Below, in pieces: positions 48,414 to 56,938 of a stretch of 58,198 nucleotides of DNA. The notes below the pieces were generated by a model that saw only the letters and a program-made list of their open reading frames with translations, searched no databases and was not told the origin of the DNA. The position numbers were made by a program, and so were the translations under genes. How positions within the stretch are numbered: the stretch's first letter is position 1; each line of letters begins with the position of its first letter. This DNA is from a virus (lineage: Duplodnaviria; Caudoviricetes): positions 1-58,198 of the IMG/VR virus record IMGVR_UViG_3300008255_001780; one strand, given 5' to 3'.

Positions 48414-48428
48414 TATAAGCGAGTTATA
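48414..48428. promoter_or_regulatory. operator-like site (copy 3)
   Basis: TATAAGCGAGTTATA upstream of scaffold gene. Confidence 0.65.
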
Positions 48429-48599
48429 TGGAGAAAAAGGTGTTGACAGGGACCAGCTCAGCGTCATCCAGAGGACGATGCGGACTGCTACCTCGATGAA
48501 GCAGAGACGGGCACGGATCGTTTACACGCCTTAGGCAAGGGGTCGCCGACCGTTCACCCCGACTTCGACGCGCAGGCCTACGACGACTTTCCTTTCTGA

Positions 48600-49334
48600 T
48601 CAGTAGGCAGTAGCCCCTGTCAGCGGTAGGGGCGCCCTTCGGGGCGCCTCTTCCCGTTCGAGTTGGTCGAATGCTTCTCCCCACATGCGGCAGAGCTCCG
48701 AGCGAACCGTGTCAGCGCTGGTAAACTGGATCACGCCGACGTCTGACACCAGGCCGCGGTCACATGCCTGGAGCGCCCAAGAGAGACCGTTGTCTCTGTG
48801 GTCGAGATCCGACTGCGATACGTCACCGCACAGCACGACGCAGGAACCGTCCCCGATCCTGGTCAAGAAAGCCTTCATCTCCCCAGGCGTGGTGTTCTGC
48901 GCTTCGTCGAGGATCATGATGCTCGAGTCGAAGGTCAGGCCGCGGATGTGCTCGAGCGCCTCGATCTTGATCTGGCCCGCGTTCACCGCGTCCTCGTACT
49001 TCTTCGCGGACATCACCTGCTTGAAGGCCTCGACCAGCGGGCGCGACCACGGGGCCATCTTGCGCCGCGCATCACCTGGTAGGAAGCCCATGGTGCGACC
49101 GACTGCGACCGTGGGTCGCGCGAGGACGACCTGGTGGATCTGCTTGTCGAAGAGCTGCTGCGCTGCCCAGGAGCAGGCAAGGTAAGTCTTGCCGGTGCCT
49201 GCGGGGCCTGTCGAGATGACGCAGTCGAAGCGGTTGAGGGCGCTGAGGTAGGTGGCTTGCTTCTCGGTGAGTGCTTCGATGGGTGGGGGTCGCCAGTTTC
49301 GGTCGCGTTGCCGCTGCTTGCGCATCGAGGTCAT
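48600..49334 (-). CDS. phoH: PhoH-family ATPase
   Basis: GPAGTGKTYLA, MGFLPGD, HIRGLTF, LDEAQN, LTRIG, GDVSQSD; AGGAGG RBS. Confidence 0.93.
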   Translation of the reverse strand: MTSMRKQRQRDRNWRPPPIEALTEKQATYLSALNRFDCVISTGPAGTGKTYLACSWAAQQLFDKQIHQVVLARPTVAVGRTMGFLPGDARRKMAPWSRPLVEAFKQVMSAKKYEDAVNAGQIKIEALEHIRGLTFDSSIMILDEAQNTTPGEMKAFLTRIGDGSCVVLCGDVSQSDLDHRDNGLSWALQACDRGLVSDVGVIQFTSADTVRSELCRMWGEAFDQLEREEAPRRAPLPLTGATAY

Positions 49335-49396
49335 CCGTAAGCACCTCCTTGTTGTCACCACCTTAGCGGCGACACGGGGAAGCGCCAAGTAGAGGG

Positions 49397-50221
49397 TTAG
49401 GTGCGCTGAGGCGCGAGGACCTTCTTGTAGAACACCACCGCAGCCATCGCGGCCGCCATGACGACGACCGCAGCGAGGGCATACTGCATCGGGCCCTCCT
49501 GCTGGATCGCCGCCGTGGCGACGCCAGGAGCAACGCCCGCCGCGACCTTGCCCAGCGTGTCGAGGTTGAACCCCTCGCGCACCTTCTCGGTGGGCTTCTC
49601 GTCGCCCTCGAGCGCGTGACCAGGCGCCTCGCGCGTCGGGGCGGTGACTTCGGCCTGCGCCCACATGCGGTAGGCGCGGTCGATCACACCGGTATCCCGG
49701 TCCTGGATGCCGACCTCCTCGCCCATCACGCGACGTGTCCATCCGCGGCCGAACGTCGCGAAGGTGCGGAGTCGCTTCATCCAGTTCCACCGGTCAGTGC
49801 AGAGGCGCTCGATGATCTCGCCCACCTCGCCGCCCTCGGCTTGCAGCTCGCGGATCTTGCCCAAGGTCACGTTGCCCATAACCCCGTCGTCCGTAACCCC
49901 GATGATGCGCTGCAAGAACTTGATGGCTCGCGATGGGCCTGAGTTCACAGCGAAGTCATAGACGGCGTAGTCGAGGCCGTTCGGCAGTTCGTCGCCCCAC
50001 ACCTTGTCCCAGTACTGCGTCCGGTAGATGTCGTAGACCTCGGCGTCCTCGATATAGCGCACCGACTGCTGGCGCTTGCCCATGCGACGGCGGTAGCCGT
50101 CATAGACGGCTTGCGTCACGCCACGATTGGTAGCGCCGCCCGGGTCCTTCGGGTGGTTCACATAGCCGCCCTCGTGGATGAGGAGCCACTCAGTCGTCTT
50201 GTCGAAGTTGGTAGCGGTCAT
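49397..50221 (-). CDS. endolysin, glycosyl hydrolase 108 + PG-binding domain, hydrophobic C-terminal tail
   Basis: HEGGYVNHPKDPGGATNRGVT, DFAVNSG, FGRGWTRR; C-terminal YALAAVVVMAAAMAAVVFYKK. Confidence 0.9.
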   Translation of the reverse strand: MTATNFDKTTEWLLIHEGGYVNHPKDPGGATNRGVTQAVYDGYRRRMGKRQQSVRYIEDAEVYDIYRTQYWDKVWGDELPNGLDYAVYDFAVNSGPSRAIKFLQRIIGVTDDGVMGNVTLGKIRELQAEGGEVGEIIERLCTDRWNWMKRLRTFATFGRGWTRRVMGEEVGIQDRDTGVIDRAYRMWAQAEVTAPTREAPGHALEGDEKPTEKVREGFNLDTLGKVAAGVAPGVATAAIQQEGPMQYALAAVVVMAAAMAAVVFYKKVLAPQRT

Positions 50222-50222
50222 G

Positions 50223-50414
50223 TCACTTCTCCATATGTTTTCGCTCGTAGGCTTGAGCTTCTTCAAGTCGAGGAGACGTCATGGCTTCCTCCCAATAGCC
50301 GAACTTGGCGGCCGCCTCGACTGAAGCTGGAGTATGCGTTCCCGACTTCAGGTTGATGACTCCGATCTTGTCAGAAAGGAAGACGTCATCACTGCGTTCT
50401 GCCACAATCACCAT
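50223..50414 (-). CDS. small protein coupled to MuF-toxin gene (candidate immunity/partner)
   Basis: 63 aa MVIVAERSDD...AKFGYWEE; TAATG overlap with upstream stop. Confidence 0.6.
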   Translation of the reverse strand: MVIVAERSDDVFLSDKIGVINLKSGTHTPASVEAAAKFGYWEEAMTSPRLEEAQAYERKHMEK

Positions 50415-52927
50415 TATTTTCCTTCGACGATGCGCCACGGTATGTTGGCGCGGCTAAGAGCTTCTGCAAGCGTCTTGTCAGGTCCCTGTTCACCAAGCGA
50501 CCCACCGTAGAAGATGACTTCTTCAATGTCATCTACGCTGGCGCCGTTGTGGATTTGGACCTCCCAGTACTCCATCTTGAGATTATCGAAAGGCATGTCT
50601 GGGTCCCAAGTTCCCAGATAATCATCTAAGTTGTCGTAGGTGCGCCCAACCGCTCTATAGTTGGGACTAGTAATTGGTTGAGGAACAGTATTAAACTGAT
50701 AGCTGCTGCTTTTAGCATAACGCGAGATGAAGTCGTTATCTTCGCCGGCGAAGCGGTTCATGTCGAGTGAGTCGCCAACAGTAAAAGTAGTTCGCGACTG
50801 AACGGCTTTCTTCTTGAACTTGACTGAAACGTCTCCATAAAGGCGGGTCGCCAGCTGGTAACCGTCTTTGTCCGCCATGTAGCCATAAATAGGCCGCTTT
50901 GCATCGGGCAAGTCATCAGCCAGTGCCATGAGGTTGCGCTCGACGTTACGACGCATCTCAGGAGCCAGCGCACCAGCAGATTTCCCTGTTTCAAACTGCG
51001 ACTTGAAGCGCCCTTCCTTTAGTATCTTGGTCAGGTTCCTGCGGTCGAGACGAGTGAAGAGGTCCGCTTTCTTGACGCGAGCTTCCAGTATCTCGTCGAT
51101 CTCGGCAGGTGTTATGTTGCGGCCGTTTAGCTTCTGAGTTAAACGGATATCTTCAAGCTTCGCCAGATCCGGGTTGGCTACTCTGTTGAACTTGGGCAGG
51201 GGTGCAACTGGAATAGCTTTATTGAGCAAGCGCGTCGGACCAATTCCCATCCTAGCACGGTAAGCGTCGGTCGACTCCGTGATGTACTCGACGACGATCT
51301 CTGGAACGTCGAGGTCACGATTGACCGAAACGACGCGCAGTTGCGTTCCTCGAGGAAAGATAAACTCGTCCTGGTCAGCGAAGGCACCAGTTGAGTGCTT
51401 GACCCTACGACCAAGAACGGCACCTTCAGGCATCCGAATCTTGATCACGCCAGGCTGAAGGTCCTCGATTTCTGGTAAGATTGCTTTGTCCAGCGCACTT
51501 TTAGACTGCGTCACTGACATGAAGCCACGGTCAGTGTAAACGTCACCAGGTTCGAGAGTGAGCATGTCTTCCAGCTGCTCAGAATGAACCGCGCGGTAGA
51601 AGGTCGTCGGCTTCTGCAAGTAGGTTCCATTTGACAAGTGAGCATCGAGAGCTCGTCCCATGTCGGCGAGTTCTTCGTTCTTGACCTCGAAACCGTCACG
51701 CAGGATGCCGTTGAGTGTCGTAGCGTCGCCCTGAATATACGAGTCGACTGCAGACAACTGCTTCTCGAAGGCTGGTGTTTTGTCGTAGGTCGAGTAGGGC
51801 GCGACGGGAGTGAACGGCTTGGTCGGTACGTCCAACTCCTTACCGATCTTCGACTTGAGCTGGCCAAGAGTAAGCAAGCGACCTTTATCGTTGATGAACC
51901 GGTCGGGAGTGATCCCTTGCTCCTTCCATATGCGCCAGCGAGTGGGACCAAGCACATCCTTCTGCACGTCGTCCGACTGGCGACGCAGCCAGTCGAAGTA
52001 GGTTAGGTTACCTGGCACCTGCCCGTCCATGCTCGCACGAGTGCCTACGGGCATCTCGTCCATGTCGAAACCCAGCTCTCGCCAGGACTTCGTGACAGCG
52101 ACGGTGGTCGAGCGGCAGTTAGGATGTGCAGGCGGACGAGCCATAGGCGGATCGAGAGGCAAGCTGCCGTCAGGAACCTTCCAGTTGGGGTCGAGCGTGA
52201 CAGGCCCCACGCGACCATCCCGCTGCTGGCAGATAGGCGTCGTTCGCGTGTCGAGCGTCGCAACCCAGCGGACGCCCTTGATGATGTCCGAGTTCGCTTC
52301 CCACACCATCTGGCGCCCGGTGTTGGTGGCGTGGTTGATCGAGGTCCGAACGAGCGCCTCTGTGCCTCGACGCGTGACCTCGCGCACCCCATCCTTGTAG
52401 CCAAGGGACCTCGACCCGACGAGGGTGCGGATGATGTCGTCGGTCGTCGTGCCCGACGTGATCCCGTCTAGGATGGTCGTCCAGGTGCGCTTGAGGTCGT
52501 TCTCGCGGAGCTGGTTCACCCAGTCGCCGAGGACTGCGCCGTTGAAGGGCTTGAGGGTGGCGGCCGTCTGCAGGACGCCAAGGTTGGGCGTCGTCACGTC
52601 GAGGCCCGCAGGCAGCGTGCGCGCGAAGGCAGCAGCCTCCGCTTCCGCGGCGACCACGGTTGCTTCGCGAGCGCTTTCGGAGATGACCGGGGCGAGGCGC
52701 GCGTGGGTCGCGTTGATCAGTTCGGCGACTTGCGCCTTCAGCGCTACGGCTCTCGCCTCTGTGAACCGGAGGTTCTCGAGATCGACGCCGAGGAGGGCTT
52801 CCTTGAGCTGAGCATCCACGCGATTGAGTATCTTGAGCGCCTCAGTCGCCTCGCGGTTCCCGTAGCGGATCCACTTGATCTGCTGTGCTACCTGAAAGTC
52901 CAGAAGTCGCTCGTTCACCGATGCCAT
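50414..52927 (-). CDS. MuF/SPP1 gp7 minor head protein fused to VIP2-like ADP-ribosyltransferase and DUF3626-like domains
   Basis: MuF: WVATLDTRTTPIC, PPAHPNCRS; ART: FYRAV, FMSVT, QDEFIFPRG; third domain KSQFETGKS, RPIYG, RTTFTVGDS, YWEVQIH. Confidence 0.85.
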   Translation of the reverse strand: MASVNERLLDFQVAQQIKWIRYGNREATEALKILNRVDAQLKEALLGVDLENLRFTEARAVALKAQVAELINATHARLAPVISESAREATVVAAEAEAAAFARTLPAGLDVTTPNLGVLQTAATLKPFNGAVLGDWVNQLRENDLKRTWTTILDGITSGTTTDDIIRTLVGSRSLGYKDGVREVTRRGTEALVRTSINHATNTGRQMVWEANSDIIKGVRWVATLDTRTTPICQQRDGRVGPVTLDPNWKVPDGSLPLDPPMARPPAHPNCRSTTVAVTKSWRELGFDMDEMPVGTRASMDGQVPGNLTYFDWLRRQSDDVQKDVLGPTRWRIWKEQGITPDRFINDKGRLLTLGQLKSKIGKELDVPTKPFTPVAPYSTYDKTPAFEKQLSAVDSYIQGDATTLNGILRDGFEVKNEELADMGRALDAHLSNGTYLQKPTTFYRAVHSEQLEDMLTLEPGDVYTDRGFMSVTQSKSALDKAILPEIEDLQPGVIKIRMPEGAVLGRRVKHSTGAFADQDEFIFPRGTQLRVVSVNRDLDVPEIVVEYITESTDAYRARMGIGPTRLLNKAIPVAPLPKFNRVANPDLAKLEDIRLTQKLNGRNITPAEIDEILEARVKKADLFTRLDRRNLTKILKEGRFKSQFETGKSAGALAPEMRRNVERNLMALADDLPDAKRPIYGYMADKDGYQLATRLYGDVSVKFKKKAVQSRTTFTVGDSLDMNRFAGEDNDFISRYAKSSSYQFNTVPQPITSPNYRAVGRTYDNLDDYLGTWDPDMPFDNLKMEYWEVQIHNGASVDDIEEVIFYGGSLGEQGPDKTLAEALSRANIPWRIVEGK

Positions 52928-53123
52928 AGGAGTTCCACTGTTTCCTGCAGTGATCCCGTTCCCAAAAGATCGCGAGCACTATGGCATCTAGTACCAAGCA
53001 GATCAAGCGACGTTCGAGGAGATACATTTCAGCGCAGAGAGTCAGGTTCGGGTTCCCGCCGCGCCATGCGTTGAGCCGCATCGAAGCGCGCGCCATCCAG
53101 GATGTGGCGCGCGCTTCGGCCAT
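52842..53123 (-). CDS. hypothetical phage protein
   Basis: NAWRGGNPNLTLCA...D...FWERDHC pattern; overlaps MuF start. Confidence 0.5.
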   Translation of the reverse strand: MAEARATSWMARASMRLNAWRGGNPNLTLCAEMYLLERRLICLVLDAIVLAIFWERDHCRKQWNSYGIGERATSGLSGSTADQVDPLREPRGD

Positions 53124-53157
53124 TGCAGGTTACTTCTTCCCACCCTTGGGCATGTCG

Positions 53158-55185
53158 TCACTCCTCACAGCTGCGGGTTCCAGTGCTCGGATCATAGAAG
53201 CATGCCCCACCGTTCGCAACAGCAGCGATCTGCTCCTCCTCGTGTTCCGGGACCACCTCGTCGAGCGACTTCATGATCCCGAACCGCTTCCCGTCGATCC
53301 TGAAGGTGGTGCAGCCCTTCGCGCCTGCCTTCCACGCCTCGACGTAGATGGACTTGAAGGACTCGTAGTCGACGGCGCCGCCGACGTTGCAGGTCTTCGA
53401 GATCGAGGAGTCGACGAAGCGCTGGGCCGCCGTGTAAACGCGGACATGGTCGAAGACGGAAAGGTCATCCGCTCGCTTCCCGTAGACGCCGAACTCGCGC
53501 ACCCCGTAGTCGTCAATCTCGACGTACTGCTTGGTGACCCCGTCCTCGTTGATGATCTCGCGGCCATTCTTGTAGGCGAAGACGGGCTCGATGCCGGAGG
53601 ACATATTGTCCGCGGTGAGCGAGATCGTCCCGGTGGGCGCGATGGAGGTCAGGTGCGAATTGCGCAGGCCGTGCTTGCGGATCAGGTCGAGCACGTCCTC
53701 GTCGAGGGCTCCTGAGTTGACGAAGCCGCCGGCCAAGAACTTCTCCGCGTCGTAGAGCGGGAACGGCTCCTTCTCGGCCGCGAGCAGCGCCGAGGCGCGG
53801 TAGCACTCGTTGACGAGGACCCGAAGGATCATGTCCTGGTGCCAGATATAGGCGTCGGAGCCGTACTCAGCCCTAGTCGCTTCGATGGCATTCGCCATCC
53901 CCGTGACGCCGAGACCCATGCGCCGCTTGTTCTTCGCCTCGAGCTCCTGCTGAGGCAGCGGATACTGCGCCCCGTCGATCACGTTGTCCATCATGCGGAC
54001 GACGCCGGGGATGTCCGCCTTAAAGGCCTCGTAGTCGAAGTGGAAGGATCCGCCCCACTTGCGGATGTACTTCGGCATAGCAAAGGAGCCGAGAAGGCAG
54101 GCGCCATAGGGCGGGAGCGGCTGCTCGCCGCAGGGGTTGGTGGCCGCGATGTACTCGCAGTAGTAGAGGTTGTTCATCGAGTTGATCCGGTCGATGAACA
54201 GGACGCCGGGTTCTGCCCAGTCCCAGGTCGCTCCCATCAGCTTGTCCCACAGGGGACGCGCGCGGACCGTGCGCACCACCTCGCCTTTGAATACCAAGTC
54301 GAAGTCGGAGTCGTTCTCGACCGCTTCCATGAAGGCGTCGGTGACGGCCACCGAGACGTTGAACGCGGATAGGCGGTTCTGGATCGACACCTTTTCGCAC
54401 ATGTCGAGCATGAACGGCTCGAGCTCCGTGAAGAACGCGAGGCGTGCCTCCTGCTCGGCCACGGCCCGGAGCAGGGCGTCTTCCTGCTCGGGGCCGTAGG
54501 TCTTCTTCGACTCGAGCTCCGCGAGCTCGGACAGGAGCTCCTGACGCTTCATGCCGAGGAGCATGTTGACCTTCATCACGTCGTCCGCGAGGGCCGTGGT
54601 CTTCGCGTCAATGAACTCCTCGATGTCTGGGTGGTCGATCCGCAGGACGGCCATCTGAGCGCCGCGGCGGCCACCAGCAGAGCGGACCGTCTTGCAGGAA
54701 GCGTCGTAGATGTGCATGAAGGAGACGGCGCCGGACGCCGTCGAGCGCAGCGACTCGATGAACGCGCCGCGCCACCGGAGGGTGGAGAAGTCGTAGCCGA
54801 TGCCCCCGCCCATCCGCATCGTCAGGAAGGCCTCCTTGACCTTGTCCATGATGTCCACTGAGTCGTCCTCGATGGTACCGGACACGAAGCAGTTATGGGC
54901 GCAGATCCTCATGGGCGCGCCGATGGCACGCTGCACGCGCCCCGCGGGCATGAAGAGCTGGTGGAGGAGTGTCAAGTAGATGTCCCGGCGATGCGCCTCG
55001 TTGTCGGCGAGGGTGTTCGAGATGCGGAAGCACATATCCTGGAACGGCTCATCCGGGGAGATGCGATACTTCTGGATATGCTGGTCGATTGAGACTGGAT
55101 GGCTCGGCCCATACATGCAAGGTAGCTCCTGGTTCACGTCTAGCGAAAGGACTTCATCGTGCGACGACATACGGTTAGGCCTCAA
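53158..55185 (-). CDS. nrdJ: class II (B12-dependent) ribonucleotide reductase
   Basis: PAGRVQ, NCFV, GGGIG, TNPCGEQPL, IAPTGTIS, KGCTTFR, C-terminal C...SCE; no small subunit seen; true start may be slightly downstream. Confidence 0.9.
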   Translation of the reverse strand: MRPNRMSSHDEVLSLDVNQELPCMYGPSHPVSIDQHIQKYRISPDEPFQDMCFRISNTLADNEAHRRDIYLTLLHQLFMPAGRVQRAIGAPMRICAHNCFVSGTIEDDSVDIMDKVKEAFLTMRMGGGIGYDFSTLRWRGAFIESLRSTASGAVSFMHIYDASCKTVRSAGGRRGAQMAVLRIDHPDIEEFIDAKTTALADDVMKVNMLLGMKRQELLSELAELESKKTYGPEQEDALLRAVAEQEARLAFFTELEPFMLDMCEKVSIQNRLSAFNVSVAVTDAFMEAVENDSDFDLVFKGEVVRTVRARPLWDKLMGATWDWAEPGVLFIDRINSMNNLYYCEYIAATNPCGEQPLPPYGACLLGSFAMPKYIRKWGGSFHFDYEAFKADIPGVVRMMDNVIDGAQYPLPQQELEAKNKRRMGLGVTGMANAIEATRAEYGSDAYIWHQDMILRVLVNECYRASALLAAEKEPFPLYDAEKFLAGGFVNSGALDEDVLDLIRKHGLRNSHLTSIAPTGTISLTADNMSSGIEPVFAYKNGREIINEDGVTKQYVEIDDYGVREFGVYGKRADDLSVFDHVRVYTAAQRFVDSSISKTCNVGGAVDYESFKSIYVEAWKAGAKGCTTFRIDGKRFGIMKSLDEVVPEHEEEQIAAVANGGACFYDPSTGTRSCEE

Positions 55186-55204
55186 CCATGGTTCTAGGCA
55201 ACGG

Positions 55205-55217
55205 ATAACTCGCTTAT
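55205..55217. promoter_or_regulatory. operator-like site (copy 4, inverted)
   Basis: ATAACTCGCTTAT in the divergent nrdJ/early-gene junction. Confidence 0.65.
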
Positions 55218-55232
55218 GAGCGAAAAAAGGTG

Positions 55233-55261
55233 TTTACATGTTCGCGGGGAGCGCGTAGACT
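55233..55261 (+). promoter_or_regulatory. sigma70-type early promoter
   Basis: A-tract, TTTACA-17 nt-TAGACT, then CAACGGAGG. Confidence 0.75.
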
Positions 55262-55286
55262 ACGAGGTATCAACGGAGGACATGGC

Positions 55287-55502
55287 ATGACCAGCATCAC
55301 AAACAGCACGCAGACGCAGTGGATCGCCCACCTCGAGACGCGCCTCGAGCAGCAGCCGCGAAATATGGGCATCAAGATGAACCTTCGCGACGTTCGCGCA
55401 ATGACGCCCGAACAGTGGGAAGCACATGTTGCGAAGTTCGCTGCGCGCAACCCGGAACGGGACGCGGCGATTGAGAAGATGGCGCGCAAGCTTGCGCGTT
55501 GA
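55287..55502 (+). CDS. hypothetical early protein
   Basis: MTSITNST..., GGAGG RBS. Confidence 0.65.
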   Translation: MTSITNSTQTQWIAHLETRLEQQPRNMGIKMNLRDVRAMTPEQWEAHVAKFAARNPERDAAIEKMARKLAR

Positions 55503-55533
55503 GCACTGACACCTCACACCAACGGAGATCGAG

Positions 55534-56160
55534 ATGACCCGCTACACCGAAACCGAACTGAACGCTATGGACCGCTCGCAGGTCCGAGCGACTGCTGATC
55601 AGCTGTTCCAGGTGGACGGCCGTTCGAGCAAGGCGACCATGATCGAGTCGATCCTGACGCACTACGAGCGCAGCGATTCGGCCAACCGCCGCGCGGCCGA
55701 GCAGAAGGCGGAGAACGAGCGCCGCGTCGCCGAGTACAAAGAGCGCGCCGACCGTCGCGCGATGAACCCCGACCTCGACTTCCGGTCGATCCCGTGCGAC
55801 AAAGACGAAGAGCGCGCTCACTACGCGATGCGCACGGCGAAGAGCGCAGTCGACGGCTGGGCGGACAAGATCGCTTCGCACCAGGCGAAGCTCGCGGAGA
55901 GCCCCGTCTACGCTCTCGGCTGGAGCGGCACCTTCATGGAAGCGGCCGCCGAGTACGAGATCGCGAAGTCGCTACTCGACGCATGGTTCGCCGGCGCGTC
56001 GGTCGCCGACATGACGGACGAGTGCTTGAAGAACACGCTGTGGTTCGCGAAAGAGGGCTCCTCGCGGTCGACCTCCGCCATGGCTAACTTGATGGATGAC
56101 ATGCAGCGCCAGGCGTGGGCGCGCTTCTACGAGAAGCTGTCCGGTCGCGGCATGTTCTGA
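55534..56160 (+). CDS. hypothetical early protein (N-terminal Rho-N/HEH-like segment)
   Basis: ELNAMDRSQVR..SKATMIESIL; CAACGGAG RBS. Confidence 0.7.
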   Translation: MTRYTETELNAMDRSQVRATADQLFQVDGRSSKATMIESILTHYERSDSANRRAAEQKAENERRVAEYKERADRRAMNPDLDFRSIPCDKDEERAHYAMRTAKSAVDGWADKIASHQAKLAESPVYALGWSGTFMEAAAEYEIAKSLLDAWFAGASVADMTDECLKNTLWFAKEGSSRSTSAMANLMDDMQRQAWARFYEKLSGRGMF

Positions 56161-56167
56161 TCTCTCG

Positions 56168-56207
56168 GGTGGCGGTCGCTTGACGACCGCCACCTTTTCT
56201 GTAAGCT
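56168..56207 (+). terminator. intrinsic terminator overlapping a putative promoter
   Basis: GGTGGCGGTCG-CTTGA-CGACCGCCACC-TTTT; TTGACG-16-TAAGCT. Confidence 0.75.
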
Positions 56208-56242
56208 GTAGTCGCTATCAACCGAACCAGCGGAGACCCGTC

Positions 56243-56476
56243 ATGCTCAAACTCCTCGCCATCATTGCGCGCGTCCACGCCGACCTCAATTCCGTCTCTG
56301 ACCTCTCCGTGAACGGGAACGTCTGCGCGTTCACCCACACCGAACTACACCCGTTCCGCATCGCGGTGACCCTCCTCGACGATGGGAAAGTCACTGAGTA
56401 CGTTGACGGCGACGTCCGCACCTTCGACTCGCTCGACGAGTACGACACCTACCTCACCGAACTCATGACCGAGTGA
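56243..56476 (+). CDS. hypothetical protein
   Basis: MLKLLAII..., GGAG RBS. Confidence 0.6.
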   Translation: MLKLLAIIARVHADLNSVSDLSVNGNVCAFTHTELHPFRIAVTLLDDGKVTEYVDGDVRTFDSLDEYDTYLTELMTE

Positions 56477-56550
56477 CCTCACGGTTGATGGAGCGCAATG
56501 TGGCGCTCCATCTCCGCCCGTATGATGCGGTCCTAGCAACGGAGACCGAC

Positions 56551-56700
56551 ATGACCGTCCAGATCTTCATCCTCGCGCTGACCGCCACCATCCTCGTCGT
56601 CTCGATCCTCGGGACGACCTGGAAGACCCCCGCCGTGCTGCTCGGCGTCGTTATGACTTTCGCCTTCGAGCTCGGCTGGGTCCTCGACCTCGTCATCTGA
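56551..56700 (+). CDS. small two-TM membrane protein
   Basis: MTVQIFILALTATILVVSILG..AVLLGVVMTFAFELGWVLDLVI after TATGAT..TAGCAACGGAG. Confidence 0.65.
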   Translation: MTVQIFILALTATILVVSILGTTWKTPAVLLGVVMTFAFELGWVLDLVI

Positions 56701-56716
56701 TCAACAGGAGCAACTG

Positions 56717-56938
56717 ATGCTTAACATCCTCCTTACCATCCGTAACCTCGACGAGCACAAGTGCCACCCGGCGCAGTTCAGGCGAGTGGCTTCTGCCCTT
56801 CACGACGCGAGCCAGCGAGCGGCTTCGCTGTCTGAGGTTGCTTATACCAAGATGCTTCTCGCCGTCATGCGCGAGAAAGCGCGGGCTCGGGTGAACGACC
56901 CGATTCCGCTTGATGCGGTGCACGACCGCGCGCGATGA
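56717..56938 (+). CDS. hypothetical protein
   Basis: 73 aa, AGGAG RBS. Confidence 0.6.
   Translation: MLNILLTIRNLDEHKCHPAQFRRVASALHDASQRAASLSEVAYTKMLLAVMREKARARVNDPIPLDAVHDRAR

Noticed and set aside
48300-48600. tRNA or structured ncRNA in the phoH-scaffold gap
   Set aside because: No cloverleaf or T-loop consensus found; only the two DNA motifs reported above.
558-53440. CGTGTAAACG as canonical parS or a CRISPR repeat
   Set aside because: Differs from the 16-bp TGTTTCACGTGAAACA palindrome, no parAB seen, and copies are kilobases apart rather than arrayed.
54375-54605. Intein in nrdJ
   Set aside because: Too short and lacks the N-terminal C/S and C-terminal HN splice residues.
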